Assembly (NCBI GenBank): GCA_902600225.1
Contig: CACKIH010000003.1
Coordinates: 32,709-96,708, forward strand
DNA: 64,000 nt
Reading direction: 5' to 3'
From: an uncultured Alphaproteobacteria bacterium
GTDB taxonomy: Bacteria > Pseudomonadota > Alphaproteobacteria > HIMB59 > GCA-002718135
The notes beneath the pieces were generated by a model that searched no databases, was not told the DNA's origin, and worked only from the letters and a program-made list of their open reading frames with translations. Position numbers and translations under genes: made by a program. Below are positions 48,616-57,674 of this stretch, one piece after another (position 1 is the stretch's first letter; the number at the start of each line of letters is the position of its first letter).

Positions 48616-49629
48616 TTACCAGCCTACTCTATCAATGATTTTCTGAGCTACAGGAGCAAGTTCTGCAAGTTTTTCAACAGGCAGTTTATCTTCTTTAAAC
48701 TGGCCCCATGATTTTAACTCATCAGTTAATTGCATATCTGGATTAACCGGATATTCATAGTTTATAGAACTGTAAAGGACTTGTGCTTTTGGCTGAGTTA
48801 GAAATTCAAGTAGTGCAATCGCATTGTCTTTATTTTTAGAGTACTTAATTACACCTCCACCAGCAACATTAATGTGATTCCCTCTGTCTTCTTGATTAGT
48901 AAAAACTAACTCTATTGAGTTAGCCCACTCTTTTTGTTCTGGATTCTTTTCATTAAATTTCATTTTTCCAAAATAATAGGTATTCATTACAGCAATATCA
49001 CAGACACCTTCATAAATTGCTTTTGCTTGAGCTCTATCATTACCCTCAGGTTTACGTGCTAAATTTGCAACAACGCCTGCAGCCCATTCTTCAGCAATAA
49101 CTTCTCCATTTGCAGCAATTATTGAAGCTAAAAGTGATCTATTGTAGTCATGGCTACCAGGTCTTGTACAAATTTTACCTTTCCATTTTGGATCAGATAA
49201 ATCTTCTATTCTTTTAATTGAGTCTGTAGATAATCTTTCTTTTGATATTGCAACAATTCTAGCTCTCTTTGAAAGTGCAAACCATTTATTATTACTGTCT
49301 CTTAAATGATTTGGAATATTTATATTCAAAATATCTGAGTTAATTGGTTGCAAAATATCCTTTTCAACAAATTGGTTTAACCTTGCTATATCAACTGTTA
49401 ATACCAAGTCAGCAGGTGTATCTTCCCCTTCAGCTAGAACTCTTTCTAGTAATCCTTTTTTTGCATGTAAAACATTTACCTTTATGCCAGTCGATTTAGT
49501 AAATTCCTCAAAGAAAGGATCTATTAAAATTGGCTGCCTGTAAGAATAAACATTAACCTCTTTGGCAAACAAGTTTAGTGAAATGGTGGATGCAATTAGT
49601 ATTAATAGTAATCTAAAAATAATTTTCAT
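48616..49629 (-). CDS. fbpA: Periplasmic Fe3+-binding protein (FbpA/SfuA/AfuA family)
   Basis: Signal peptide. 337 aa. FbpA-like blocks VNVYSYRQP and ...GGGV. Confidence 0.75.
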   Translation of the reverse strand: MKIIFRLLLILIASTISLNLFAKEVNVYSYRQPILIDPFFEEFTKSTGIKVNVLHAKKGLLERVLAEGEDTPADLVLTVDIARLNQFVEKDILQPINSDILNINIPNHLRDSNNKWFALSKRARIVAISKERLSTDSIKRIEDLSDPKWKGKICTRPGSHDYNRSLLASIIAANGEVIAEEWAAGVVANLARKPEGNDRAQAKAIYEGVCDIAVMNTYYFGKMKFNEKNPEQKEWANSIELVFTNQEDRGNHINVAGGGVIKYSKNKDNAIALLEFLTQPKAQVLYSSINYEYPVNPDMQLTDELKSWGQFKEDKLPVEKLAELAPVAQKIIDRVGW

Positions 49630-49646
49630 ATAACCTTCTTTTTTTT

Positions 49647-49669
49647 GTGGAGATAATAAATATCTCCAC
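49647..49669 (-). promoter_or_regulatory. Perfect palindrome in the fbpA leader (candidate operator or 5'-UTR hairpin)
   Basis: GTGGAGATA-ATAAA-TATCTCCAC, 18 nt upstream of the fbpA ATG. On the coding strand it is followed by A8 and the RBS GAAGG. Confidence 0.5.
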
Positions 49670-49799
49670 GTTCTATGATTAAGAATCTTATTAAAAATTA
49701 TCAGAATAGGAATGTAGATCTATATAAATTTTTTTATAATATCAGTGTTGTTAAAATTCATAAAATTAGATTTATTCTAAATTTAAAGTTAAAAATGTT

Positions 49800-49817
49800 G
49801 GGGCCACTTTGGGCCCC
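49800..49817 (-). terminator. GC-rich hairpin terminator downstream of hsp20
   Basis: GGGGCC-6 nt-GGCCCC lies 10 nt after the hsp20 stop. It is followed by AACAUUUUU on the coding strand. It is the only GC-rich patch in the region. Confidence 0.6.
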
Positions 49818-49826
49818 TATCCAAAA

Positions 49827-50264
49827 CTACTTTATTGAAATTAGTCTAGCTTTTTTTTCTTCTGGAATAATTCTCTCCAAATCAATCGCTAAAAGTCCAT
49901 TTTTCAATTCAGCATCTTTAACTTTGATGTCTTCTGAAATTGTGAACGATCTTTCAAACTGTCTTGTTGAGATTCCTTTATGGATTACACCATTACCATT
50001 TTCATTAACCACTTTTTCTTTAGGTTTATTTCTAACAGTTAGGTTGTTTTCTTTTAATTCAATCTCAATATCTTCTTTACTATATCCAGCGAGAGCAACT
50101 TCAATTTTATAGTTATGCTCATCGACTCGATGAATATTGTAAGGTGGATAGTTTGTATTGTATCGTTCCGTAGACTCCAACATTCTATCAAATTCATCAA
50201 AAATTGAGTCAAATCCAACAGAGAATGGTCTTAGAGAATTCCAAACGGATAGGTTTCTAGTCAT
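49827..50264 (-). CDS. Hsp20/alpha-crystallin small heat-shock protein
   Basis: Alpha-crystallin domain (YKIEVALAGYSKEDIEIE...NGLLAIDLER). I prefer the Met15 start (MTRNLSVW...) because AAAGGAG lies 6 nt upstream. Confidence 0.85.
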   Translation of the reverse strand: MTRNLSVWNSLRPFSVGFDSIFDEFDRMLESTERYNTNYPPYNIHRVDEHNYKIEVALAGYSKEDIEIELKENNLTVRNKPKEKVVNENGNGVIHKGISTRQFERSFTISEDIKVKDAELKNGLLAIDLERIIPEEKKARLISIK

Positions 50265-50267
50265 AAT

Positions 50268-50288
50268 AACTCCTTTATTAAGCAAGTT
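50268..50288 (-). promoter_or_regulatory. ROSE-like SD-masking hairpin (candidate RNA thermometer) in the hsp20 5' UTR
   Basis: The RNA AACUU(G)CUU-AAUA-AAGGAGUU contains UUGCU opposite the SD with a bulged G, and lies 3 nt before the AUG. A second hairpin at 50293-50322 sits at the predicted 5' end. Confidence 0.5.
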
Positions 50289-50327
50289 TATTTTGTCCGC
50301 ACCCACAATGGCATACAGACAATTATA

Positions 50328-50355
50328 ATGTGGGGATGATTGTGTTTAATTCAAG
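50328..50355 (-). promoter_or_regulatory. Sigma32 (RpoH)-type heat-shock promoter of hsp20
   Basis: The coding strand reads CTTGAA-N14-CCCCACAT, which matches the CTTGAA / CCCCATNT consensus. Confidence 0.7.
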
Positions 50356-50361
50356 TCTTTA

Positions 50362-51018
50362 TTATTTTTTTCTTATAAACGATAAGCCATCAGATAATGG
50401 CAGAAGAGAGAATTCCACTCTTGTGTCATTTTGTATTTTTAAATTTAAATCACGGATAGTTTTTGTTTGAGAGTCTTGTTTAGTTTCGTCAGCAACATCA
50501 CCGTGCCAAAGCATATTATCAATAATTATTATCCCATTAGAAACTAATAGGTTTAGCGACAGTTCGTAATAATTTGGATAATTATTCTTATCAGCATCTA
50601 TAAAAATTAAATCATAACTTTGTTGACGGTCTATCATACTTTGCATTACCTCAACACCATCACCAATAATCGATTCAATTTTTGAGCTCATATTATCTAA
50701 TTCCCAATATTTTTTTGCTAAAGGTAAAAATTCATCTGAATTATCAACAGTTACAATTTTTCCTGATTCAGGTATACCTCTAGCCAAAAACAAAGTGCTC
50801 ATTCCTGTAAACCTTCCAATTTCTAAACATTTTTTAGCATTGGAAATTTTAGTTATTATTTCTAAAAACTGACCTTGTTCTTTTGCAATCTGCATTTGGG
50901 AAACACTACCAAGTTTTAAAGTTTCATTTTCTAGTTCAGTAATTATTTTATCTTCTCGGTAACCTACGCTTTGTAAATATTGAACAAGTGCTTCATTAAT
51001 TTCAGTTTGGGTACTCAT
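50362..51018 (-). CDS. Class I SAM-dependent O-methyltransferase (family 3, caffeoyl-CoA OMT-like)
   Basis: CLEIGRFTGMST SAM-binding motif and DLIFIDADK. 218 aa. Confidence 0.75.
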   Translation of the reverse strand: MSTQTEINEALVQYLQSVGYREDKIITELENETLKLGSVSQMQIAKEQGQFLEIITKISNAKKCLEIGRFTGMSTLFLARGIPESGKIVTVDNSDEFLPLAKKYWELDNMSSKIESIIGDGVEVMQSMIDRQQSYDLIFIDADKNNYPNYYELSLNLLVSNGIIIIDNMLWHGDVADETKQDSQTKTIRDLNLKIQNDTRVEFSLLPLSDGLSFIRKK

Positions 51019-52328
51019 TAGTTTATGATTTCAAATATTTCGGAAAATTTTTGAGTTTTTTTGTCTGAAATGATGAAACAACTTTTTATTTTATTTATTA
51101 AATTTTCATCTATATTTTTATTTGAGTATAAACTTAATAAAGGAGTTGAGGAATTCACTTCATCACCAATATTGAGCACATTATCATATCCAACTCCATA
51201 ATCTATTTTATCGGTAACCTGTTTTCTTCCACCCCCAAGTTCAATAAGTATAAGGCCTAAATCTCTGGTATAAATTTTTTCTATCCATCCTTCTTCACTA
51301 GAAAATACATCTTTTCGAACGGAAGTATTTATTAAATCTTTTTCATAAGATGATAAAATATTTTTAGGTCCACCCAAGCCTGCAACCATCATTTCAAATT
51401 TTTCTGCAGCTAGTCCATTATTAATAACCGTATTAATTTTATTATATGCTTCTTCTTTGGAAATTTTATAAATGTTTACTAATAGCGAAGATATTAATTC
51501 ATTAGTGATCTTTTCTAATCGGTGATCTTTAAAATCATTTTTAATATATTTTATACATTCTAATATCTCTAGTGTATGACCAGCACTTTTACCTAAGACC
51601 TGATTCATATCTGTTAATATAGCTTCGCAACGTAAACCTGCTCCTTTAGCGACTCTTACTAAGGAGTTGGATAAATCTCTTGCTATATCAATAGTACTAT
51701 TAAAAGATCCATTACCAACTTTTACATCAAGCACCAAAGATGAAAGACCGCTTGCAATTTTTTTTGAAAGAATAGATGATGTTATTAAGGGTAAAGATTC
51801 TACTGTACCTACAATATCCCTTATAGAATATAATTTTTTATCAGCTGGTGCTAAGTTAGATGTTTGACCGATAATTGCACAACCAACGTCTTTTACAACT
51901 TTTTTAAAAGTCTCTAAATCGGGTTTTGTATTGTACCCAGGTATTGAATCAAATTTATCTAGAGTACCGCCCGTATGCCCCAAACCTCTACCTGAAATCA
52001 TTGGTACATACAGTCCACAAGCTGCAAGTATTGGTGCTAATATAACGCTCGTCTTGTCTCCAACACCACCAGTTGAGTGCTTATCACAAACCAACTCAGA
52101 ATCTACAATCTCAGACCAATTCAGTGTATCGCCTGAGTTCGTCATCGCCTCAGTCAAACAAACAGTTTCCTCAGGCGTCATTCCATTTGCAAATATTGCC
52201 ATGCTCATTGCTGCAATTTGTGCATCTGAAAAAGATCCATTTGTTAAACCGTCTACAAAAAAGTTGATATCTTCTTTTGACAGATCTTGGTTATCTCTTT
52301 TTTTTCTAATTATCTCTTGAGGTATCAT
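51018..52328 (-). CDS. deoA: Thymidine/pyrimidine-nucleoside phosphorylase
   Basis: DKHSTGGVGDK and SGRGLGHTGGTLDK motifs. 436 aa. Confidence 0.9.
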   Translation of the reverse strand: MIPQEIIRKKRDNQDLSKEDINFFVDGLTNGSFSDAQIAAMSMAIFANGMTPEETVCLTEAMTNSGDTLNWSEIVDSELVCDKHSTGGVGDKTSVILAPILAACGLYVPMISGRGLGHTGGTLDKFDSIPGYNTKPDLETFKKVVKDVGCAIIGQTSNLAPADKKLYSIRDIVGTVESLPLITSSILSKKIASGLSSLVLDVKVGNGSFNSTIDIARDLSNSLVRVAKGAGLRCEAILTDMNQVLGKSAGHTLEILECIKYIKNDFKDHRLEKITNELISSLLVNIYKISKEEAYNKINTVINNGLAAEKFEMMVAGLGGPKNILSSYEKDLINTSVRKDVFSSEEGWIEKIYTRDLGLILIELGGGRKQVTDKIDYGVGYDNVLNIGDEVNSSTPLLSLYSNKNIDENLINKIKSCFIISDKKTQKFSEIFEIIN

Positions 52329-53136
52329 CGAATTGAACTTCTTGTATAAATTGTTTAATTAAATTTAAAACATTGTTCTCTGCTAAACTTGCATTCTCTA
52401 AAGTTTCTTGATGACTTAATTTTGTTTTATTCATACCAGCAGCTAAGTTGGTGATTACACTGATACCAATAACAGGTAGTCCGCAATGATTAGCAACTAA
52501 AACTTCTGGTACTGTAGACATTCCAACAGCATTTCCACCTATGACTTTTAAGGCATTGATTTCAGCAGGAGTTTCAAAATTTGGTCCTGAGTACATACAA
52601 TAAATACCTTCATAAATTTTTTGATCTATTTTTTTAGCGACTTGCATTAACTGATCTCTATAAAACTTATGATATCCATCACTCATATCATGAAAGCGAG
52701 GGCCATACTCTTCAGCATTGGGTCCAATAAGTGGATTGAAACCACTCCAGTTAATATGATCTTTAATTGCCATTAGACTGCCAGCTGGCATAGCTTCATC
52801 TAAACTACCTGCTGCATTTGTAACAACTAATAACTTGCACCCAATGTCCTTTAAAACTCTTATGGGTGAAGCTAAGCTTTGGGGATTGTGTCCTTCATAA
52901 ATATGCGATCTTCCATACATACAAACAACATTTAAAGTATTTATTTTTCCTAAAACTAATTTACCTGCGTGACCTTTGACAGTTGGCTGTGGAAAATCAG
53001 CTAACTGTTCATATGAGATTGATTCTTGAATATCTTTTTCTTCAAAAAAATTAGTTAGTCCACTTCCTAAAATTACGGCAATATCGGGTGAAGTATTATT
53101 TGTTATTTCTAAAAATTTTTTTGCCGAGGGTAACAT
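52306..53136 (-). CDS. Purine nucleoside phosphorylase (trimeric PNP-I type)
   Basis: GRSHIYEGH, NAAGSL and VGMSTVPE motifs. 276 aa. Confidence 0.85.
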   Translation of the reverse strand: MLPSAKKFLEITNNTSPDIAVILGSGLTNFFEEKDIQESISYEQLADFPQPTVKGHAGKLVLGKINTLNVVCMYGRSHIYEGHNPQSLASPIRVLKDIGCKLLVVTNAAGSLDEAMPAGSLMAIKDHINWSGFNPLIGPNAEEYGPRFHDMSDGYHKFYRDQLMQVAKKIDQKIYEGIYCMYSGPNFETPAEINALKVIGGNAVGMSTVPEVLVANHCGLPVIGISVITNLAAGMNKTKLSHQETLENASLAENNVLNLIKQFIQEVQFDDTSRDN

Positions 53137-53552
53137 TAAAGATTCTCTGGGCCAAAAGAATCTGGAAGTAATTCTTCGAGCGTAGATGTTTTCATATGAC
53201 CATTTTCATTACACATATGAATCTTAGTATCTAAAGTAGCAAATTCTCTTAACCTCTGTCTACAACCACCACAGGGTGAGCATAATAATTCACCTGAACC
53301 TATAACCACAACTTCTAAAATTTTTTTGTTTCCACTAGATATCATATTTCCAATTGCAGTTGCTTCGGCACACTGGGATTGAGGATAGGCAGCATTTTCA
53401 ACATTACAACCAGTAATAATTTTACTATCTTCTGTTAGAAAAGCTGCTCCTACTTTAAAATTTGAATAAGGCACATGAGCTTGCTCTCTAACTTTTTGTG
53501 CAGCCTTGAATAAACTATCAAAATTTTCTGAAACCATATTCTTGTTTAACAT
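53136..53552 (-). CDS. cdd: Cytidine deaminase (tetrameric type)
   Basis: Zn motifs CAEATAI and PCGGCRQ. 138 aa. Confidence 0.9.
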   Translation of the reverse strand: MLNKNMVSENFDSLFKAAQKVREQAHVPYSNFKVGAAFLTEDSKIITGCNVENAAYPQSQCAEATAIGNMISSGNKKILEVVVIGSGELLCSPCGGCRQRLREFATLDTKIHMCNENGHMKTSTLEELLPDSFGPENL

Positions 53553-53578
53553 GAAATTACTAAAAAAATTATTTATTT

Positions 53579-54730
53579 CTAAATCTTAAACAATTCTTGT
53601 GACAAATCAGGAAGTTCGTCTCCCCAAAAAACTTTTTTACGCAAAAATTCTGGATCTTGGTTAAAACAAATTGACATTGCAGAATTATAAACAGCCCTGG
53701 AATCAATAGTCGAATTTAGATCTCTTCCCTCAAACAATTCTTTCTTTTTTAGTCCAGGCCAATCTGTATAAACTTGAGATTTTTTTAACAAGCCTCCAGC
53801 CATTAGTATTGCACTTCCATATCCGTGCTCAGTTCCATACCCTCCATTTTGTTTTATAGTTCGGCCAAATTCAGTAAGAGTAAGAATTAGTGTATTATCA
53901 AATGCTTGGCCAAGATTTTCATGTAAAATAGTAACAATTTTATTTACCTCTTCTAGTTCATCAGCATGCGCTCCATCAACACCTCCTTGAGCAGCATGGG
54001 TATCAAAACCATCTAAATCAAATACAGCAACTCGAGGACCACTTTGATCTTTTAATTGTTTAGCAGCTTCAAGAGCAAGTTTTTTTCTATCATCAGAGTC
54101 AGTAGCAATTTGCATAGACAATGGTCTTTGTCTAATTGTATCAAGTGTAGATTTAATTAGCTCGTTATGCTCACCTTTAAATTCATTATAAATTTGATCT
54201 ATTAACTTTGTTTCAACAAAATCTGGTGATGGGAAGAAATTATTATTCTGTGGCACACCTCTTAATAAAAGTGGCATTGGTAAAGATATTGCCAGACCTT
54301 TTCCTATAATATTTGAAGCTAGTAATCCCCTACCAAGCCATCCTGTTTTTTCTTTGTATGGAATGTGTGCTCCAGTTTCCATTAAATTTTGCCCATCAAA
54401 ATGTGATCTGCCTGTGTAAGGAATATTTGTTGCATGAACAAATGCCGCTTGATTTTTTTGCCAGAGTTTATGAAAAATTTCTAATTTAGGGTGAAGACCA
54501 AAATCACTGTTCAAATTAAGAACGTCTTCCAGAATAAGTTTTTTTCTCAATTTTTTAAGACGTTTATCTCCAATAACAGGAACAGCTGTTAAACCATCCA
54601 TTCCCCCGCGAAGTGATATAATAATCAGATTTTTTTTCTGCATTGAAGCAAAACTTATTTTTGGAAAATAACCAGAAAGAAATAATGTTGTTGATCCTCC
54701 AATTAAAAAATTTCTTCTTGTGCAGTTCAT
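53579..54730 (-). CDS. DUF1501-family Tat-exported protein (alkaline-phosphatase/sulfatase-like fold)
   Basis: Tat motif TRRNFLIGG. 383 aa. Overlaps its DUF1800 partner gene by 4 nt. Confidence 0.7.
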   Translation of the reverse strand: MNCTRRNFLIGGSTTLFLSGYFPKISFASMQKKNLIIISLRGGMDGLTAVPVIGDKRLKKLRKKLILEDVLNLNSDFGLHPKLEIFHKLWQKNQAAFVHATNIPYTGRSHFDGQNLMETGAHIPYKEKTGWLGRGLLASNIIGKGLAISLPMPLLLRGVPQNNNFFPSPDFVETKLIDQIYNEFKGEHNELIKSTLDTIRQRPLSMQIATDSDDRKKLALEAAKQLKDQSGPRVAVFDLDGFDTHAAQGGVDGAHADELEEVNKIVTILHENLGQAFDNTLILTLTEFGRTIKQNGGYGTEHGYGSAILMAGGLLKKSQVYTDWPGLKKKELFEGRDLNSTIDSRAVYNSAMSICFNQDPEFLRKKVFWGDELPDLSQELFKI

Positions 54731-56163
54731 ATTTTTAATACTCCTGGCAAATTACAAATAACCCCATACTTTTGCCCTAAATCATAATCTGATGTTCCAA
54801 ATCTAAAATTTTCAATAAGTGATGCCATATTTTCATGATCTTCGAAATTATTTTTAAGACAAGCTAAAATAAAATTATGGGATCTGTTTCCAGATTTAAC
54901 AAGCATCGGAAGTTCAACTGAAGCAAACCAAAAGCGGCGTAATAATAATTCTGGCGATACCCAATCTACCTCCAAATCACTCCAACCATTAGGTTGTTTG
55001 GCACGATAAGGTGAATGGCCTATTTCTCTAAGTATCCATGATAATTGTCTTTGTCTGTTATTTGGCTTCGACTTAAAAGTATAATTCATTTTTTCAAAAG
55101 AAAGCGGAATATTTAAATCAAACATTCTAGATAATTGCATTAACCATATTTCAGGTGGATGAAATTTATGTGTAATCTCATTATACTTATAAGCTTGCGT
55201 TATAACTGCTTTGTGAATTTCAATTAAGCTTCCATTGGATTTGTTCCATGCTTCTATTACTGGATCTATCATTTCTTCTGTTGGTTCATCTGTAATAAAA
55301 TGCCTGCATAATTTTGTTGAAACAAATTTGATACAGATTGGGTGAGTTGCCAAATCATGAATTACTTTAGCAAGTTCTCTTTTTGCATCGTTTTTGTATT
55401 TAACTCCTAAAACAATTTTATCTCCTTTTTGATGCATTTCTTGATCAAACCATATATCGCCGGTTTCTAAATTTTTTCTATCCCATTTGTGCGACCAACC
55501 TGTCATGATATAGGCTAATTGAATCACATCTTCCTGTGTGTATCCAGCATTTGGAGATACTGTATGTAACTCTAATAATTCTCTTGCATGATTTTCATTT
55601 ATAGTTTCTCCCCACTCCATTCCTTTTTTAGAATTGGGGCCAAAAGATTCTGAATTATCAAGGTGGTGAATCATACACCATGAAGTCGTAACTGACTGAA
55701 CCATTTCTTCAAAAGTTTTAACCATGTTAGGTCTAATAATTTCACGTTGATAAGGTCCAGTACTAAACTCTGCTAGAAAATCTTTTTCACTTATTGCAAA
55801 ATGATTTCCCCAAAAAAGCCAGAAACGCTCGAAAACAGGTTGTTTGGAATACTTTGTTTGAAAATGACGAATAGCATGTTCATTTAATTCAAAATATCTT
55901 TCACCAGTTTTTATTCTTAATTCATCTTTTGCTTTTCTATACGCATGTTTATCGTTTTTAAATTTTTTTCTTAAAACTTCTCTATCTCCGTAAACCCATT
56001 CACCATATTTTTTTCTTAAATCTTTTTCTGTTGGGATTGTTCCAGGCCACAAGAGATCAGGTATAGTATCTAATTGATTTATTGCCCAATTAAGAGGATC
56101 TTTATCTGGTTTTTCATTCGGCGACAGGCCAAATGCAACCCGTCTATAAAAATTTAATGACAT
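54727..56163 (-). CDS. DUF1800-family protein
   Basis: 478 aa. The canonical DUF1800-DUF1501 gene pair. Confidence 0.65.
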   Translation of the reverse strand: MSLNFYRRVAFGLSPNEKPDKDPLNWAINQLDTIPDLLWPGTIPTEKDLRKKYGEWVYGDREVLRKKFKNDKHAYRKAKDELRIKTGERYFELNEHAIRHFQTKYSKQPVFERFWLFWGNHFAISEKDFLAEFSTGPYQREIIRPNMVKTFEEMVQSVTTSWCMIHHLDNSESFGPNSKKGMEWGETINENHARELLELHTVSPNAGYTQEDVIQLAYIMTGWSHKWDRKNLETGDIWFDQEMHQKGDKIVLGVKYKNDAKRELAKVIHDLATHPICIKFVSTKLCRHFITDEPTEEMIDPVIEAWNKSNGSLIEIHKAVITQAYKYNEITHKFHPPEIWLMQLSRMFDLNIPLSFEKMNYTFKSKPNNRQRQLSWILREIGHSPYRAKQPNGWSDLEVDWVSPELLLRRFWFASVELPMLVKSGNRSHNFILACLKNNFEDHENMASLIENFRFGTSDYDLGQKYGVICNLPGVLKI

Positions 56164-56215
56164 ATATAAAAAAAAATAGTTTACATATATTTATAATTTT
56201 TAAAATTAAAATTTA

Positions 56216-56866
56216 ATGAAAAATATACCTCTAAAAATTTGTGGCATAACAAATGTGAAATCTGTTGAAGTGGCACATAAAAATAAAATAAAATCATTGG
56301 GTTTTGCAAGTAAAAATTTAAATGGACCAAACACAGTTAGTGATAAAAAAATACAATCATTAATTAAAGAATGTAAAAATTATAAAATAGAATCAGTACT
56401 TCTGACTCGGTATGTATCTTTAGACAAACTAATAGAACAAATAGATTTTACAAAACCAAAGACAATTTCATGTTCATATCATTTTCCCAAAAAAGATTTA
56501 TTAAAAATAAAGAAAATATTTAGAAGATTAAAAATAGGCATTGCAATTAATCCAGAAAATTTTGATAAAAAATACATTGAATCAATTAGAAAAATTGTTG
56601 ATGTTATTTATTTTGATATGAATGTTTATAGGAAGAAGAGTATTAAAAAGTATTCATTGAGAAAAAGTATTAAACAAATACAGTTTATAAAAAGTAAAAA
56701 AATTCCTGTTTATATTGGTGGTGGTATAGACAAAAAAAATGTTTCATACATTCTAAAACAAATAACACCTTTTGGATTAGATATTTCTAGAAGCTTGAAA
56801 AATCAGAGAAATTTAATTTCTAAATCAAAACTCAAAGATTTTTTAAATCAAATTTCGGTAGGATAA
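56216..56866 (+). CDS. Phosphoribosylanthranilate isomerase (TrpF)-like protein
   Basis: LKICGIT N-terminus and C-terminal GGGIDKKNV....PFGLDISRSL pattern of PRAI. Isolated from other trp genes and faces the folate cluster. Confidence 0.6.
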   Translation: MKNIPLKICGITNVKSVEVAHKNKIKSLGFASKNLNGPNTVSDKKIQSLIKECKNYKIESVLLTRYVSLDKLIEQIDFTKPKTISCSYHFPKKDLLKIKKIFRRLKIGIAINPENFDKKYIESIRKIVDVIYFDMNVYRKKSIKKYSLRKSIKQIQFIKSKKIPVYIGGGIDKKNVSYILKQITPFGLDISRSLKNQRNLISKSKLKDFLNQISVG

Positions 56867-57343
56867 TCGTTTAATAATATATTTGTTTTGCAACTCTTTC
56901 GATAAGACTTTTATTGATTTTTTTTCAAGTGGATGTCTGAAAAATGGATCGATATCAAGTATTGGATATAACACAAAATCTCTTTCAGCGGCTCTAGGGT
57001 GAGGAATTATTAAATATTTTTTAATAAATATTTGTTTGCCAAAAAAAATAATATCCAAATCAATGTTTCTTGGACCATTGATAATTTTTTTATTTTTTTT
57101 TAATTTTTTTTCAATTTCATAAATATTATTTATTAATTCTAATGGCTGCTGGTTGGTACATAGTTTTATTGCGGTATTAAAAAAATTACTTTGTGATTTG
57201 TATCCATAAGGAGAAGAAACATAAATATTTGCAAATTTTTTTATATTACCAATATTTTCTAACTCTCTAACAGCACACCGTAAATTAAATATAGCATTAC
57301 CTCGATTTGAGCCAAGTGCGATTATTGTTTCAGTTTGATACAC
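56843..57343 (-). CDS. folK: 2-amino-4-hydroxy-6-hydroxymethyldihydropteridine diphosphokinase
   Basis: IIALGSNRGN and GPRNIDLDIIFF motifs. 166 aa. Confidence 0.85.
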   Translation of the reverse strand: MYQTETIIALGSNRGNAIFNLRCAVRELENIGNIKKFANIYVSSPYGYKSQSNFFNTAIKLCTNQQPLELINNIYEIEKKLKKNKKIINGPRNIDLDIIFFGKQIFIKKYLIIPHPRAAERDFVLYPILDIDPFFRHPLEKKSIKVLSKELQNKYIIKRLSYRNLI

Positions 57344-57674
57344 TTAGTGAGTCAGCTCCATATTTTTTTGCTACAGCTGTTTTATTAATTGTAATTTTAA
57401 CTTTTTTTATTTTAAATTTATTTTCAAGAACATTGGATGTTTTTATTATTAAATGCTCAAGAGTATGTGATTGAGACTCCTTTATGAAAGTTTTTAAATA
57501 TTTTGTAATAGATGAATAATCCTTCACATTATTTATATTGTTTAAATCTAGTGATTTTTTAACAGGATAACTAAATTCTAATGTTACCTTTAACAACTGT
57601 TTTTTCTTTCTCTCTTGGGCAGTGATACCTATATTTGCACTGATGGATAAGTTTTTAATTTCTACTTTGAACAT
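57330..57674 (-). CDS. folB: Dihydroneopterin aldolase
   Basis: 114 aa with a FolB-type start (IGITAQERKKKQLLKVTLEF). Lies between folP and folK. Confidence 0.7.
   Translation of the reverse strand: MFKVEIKNLSISANIGITAQERKKKQLLKVTLEFSYPVKKSLDLNNINNVKDYSSITKYLKTFIKESQSHTLEHLIIKTSNVLENKFKIKKVKITINKTAVAKKYGADSLSVSN

Noticed and set aside
49647-49669. The fbpA-leader palindrome interpreted as a transcription terminator.
   Set aside because: The T-run lies upstream of the hairpin on the plus strand and an A-run follows it on the minus strand. Neither orientation gives a hairpin followed by a U-tract, and no gene reads into it from the plus side.
49675-50112. A 145-aa plus-strand ORF spanning the fbpA-hsp20 spacer and running antisense to hsp20.
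   Set aside because: It runs through the hsp20 terminator hairpin and is antisense to a well-supported alpha-crystallin gene. The protein is hydrophobic and low-complexity with no motif. The region is better explained by the hsp20 3' end and the fbpA promoter.
50265-50306. A longer hsp20 start (MGADKINLLNKGVIM...) as given in the ORF track.
   Set aside because: The extension would begin upstream of the SD AAAGGAG and inside the predicted 5' UTR hairpins. The Met15 start has correct SD spacing and gives a normal sHSP N-terminus.
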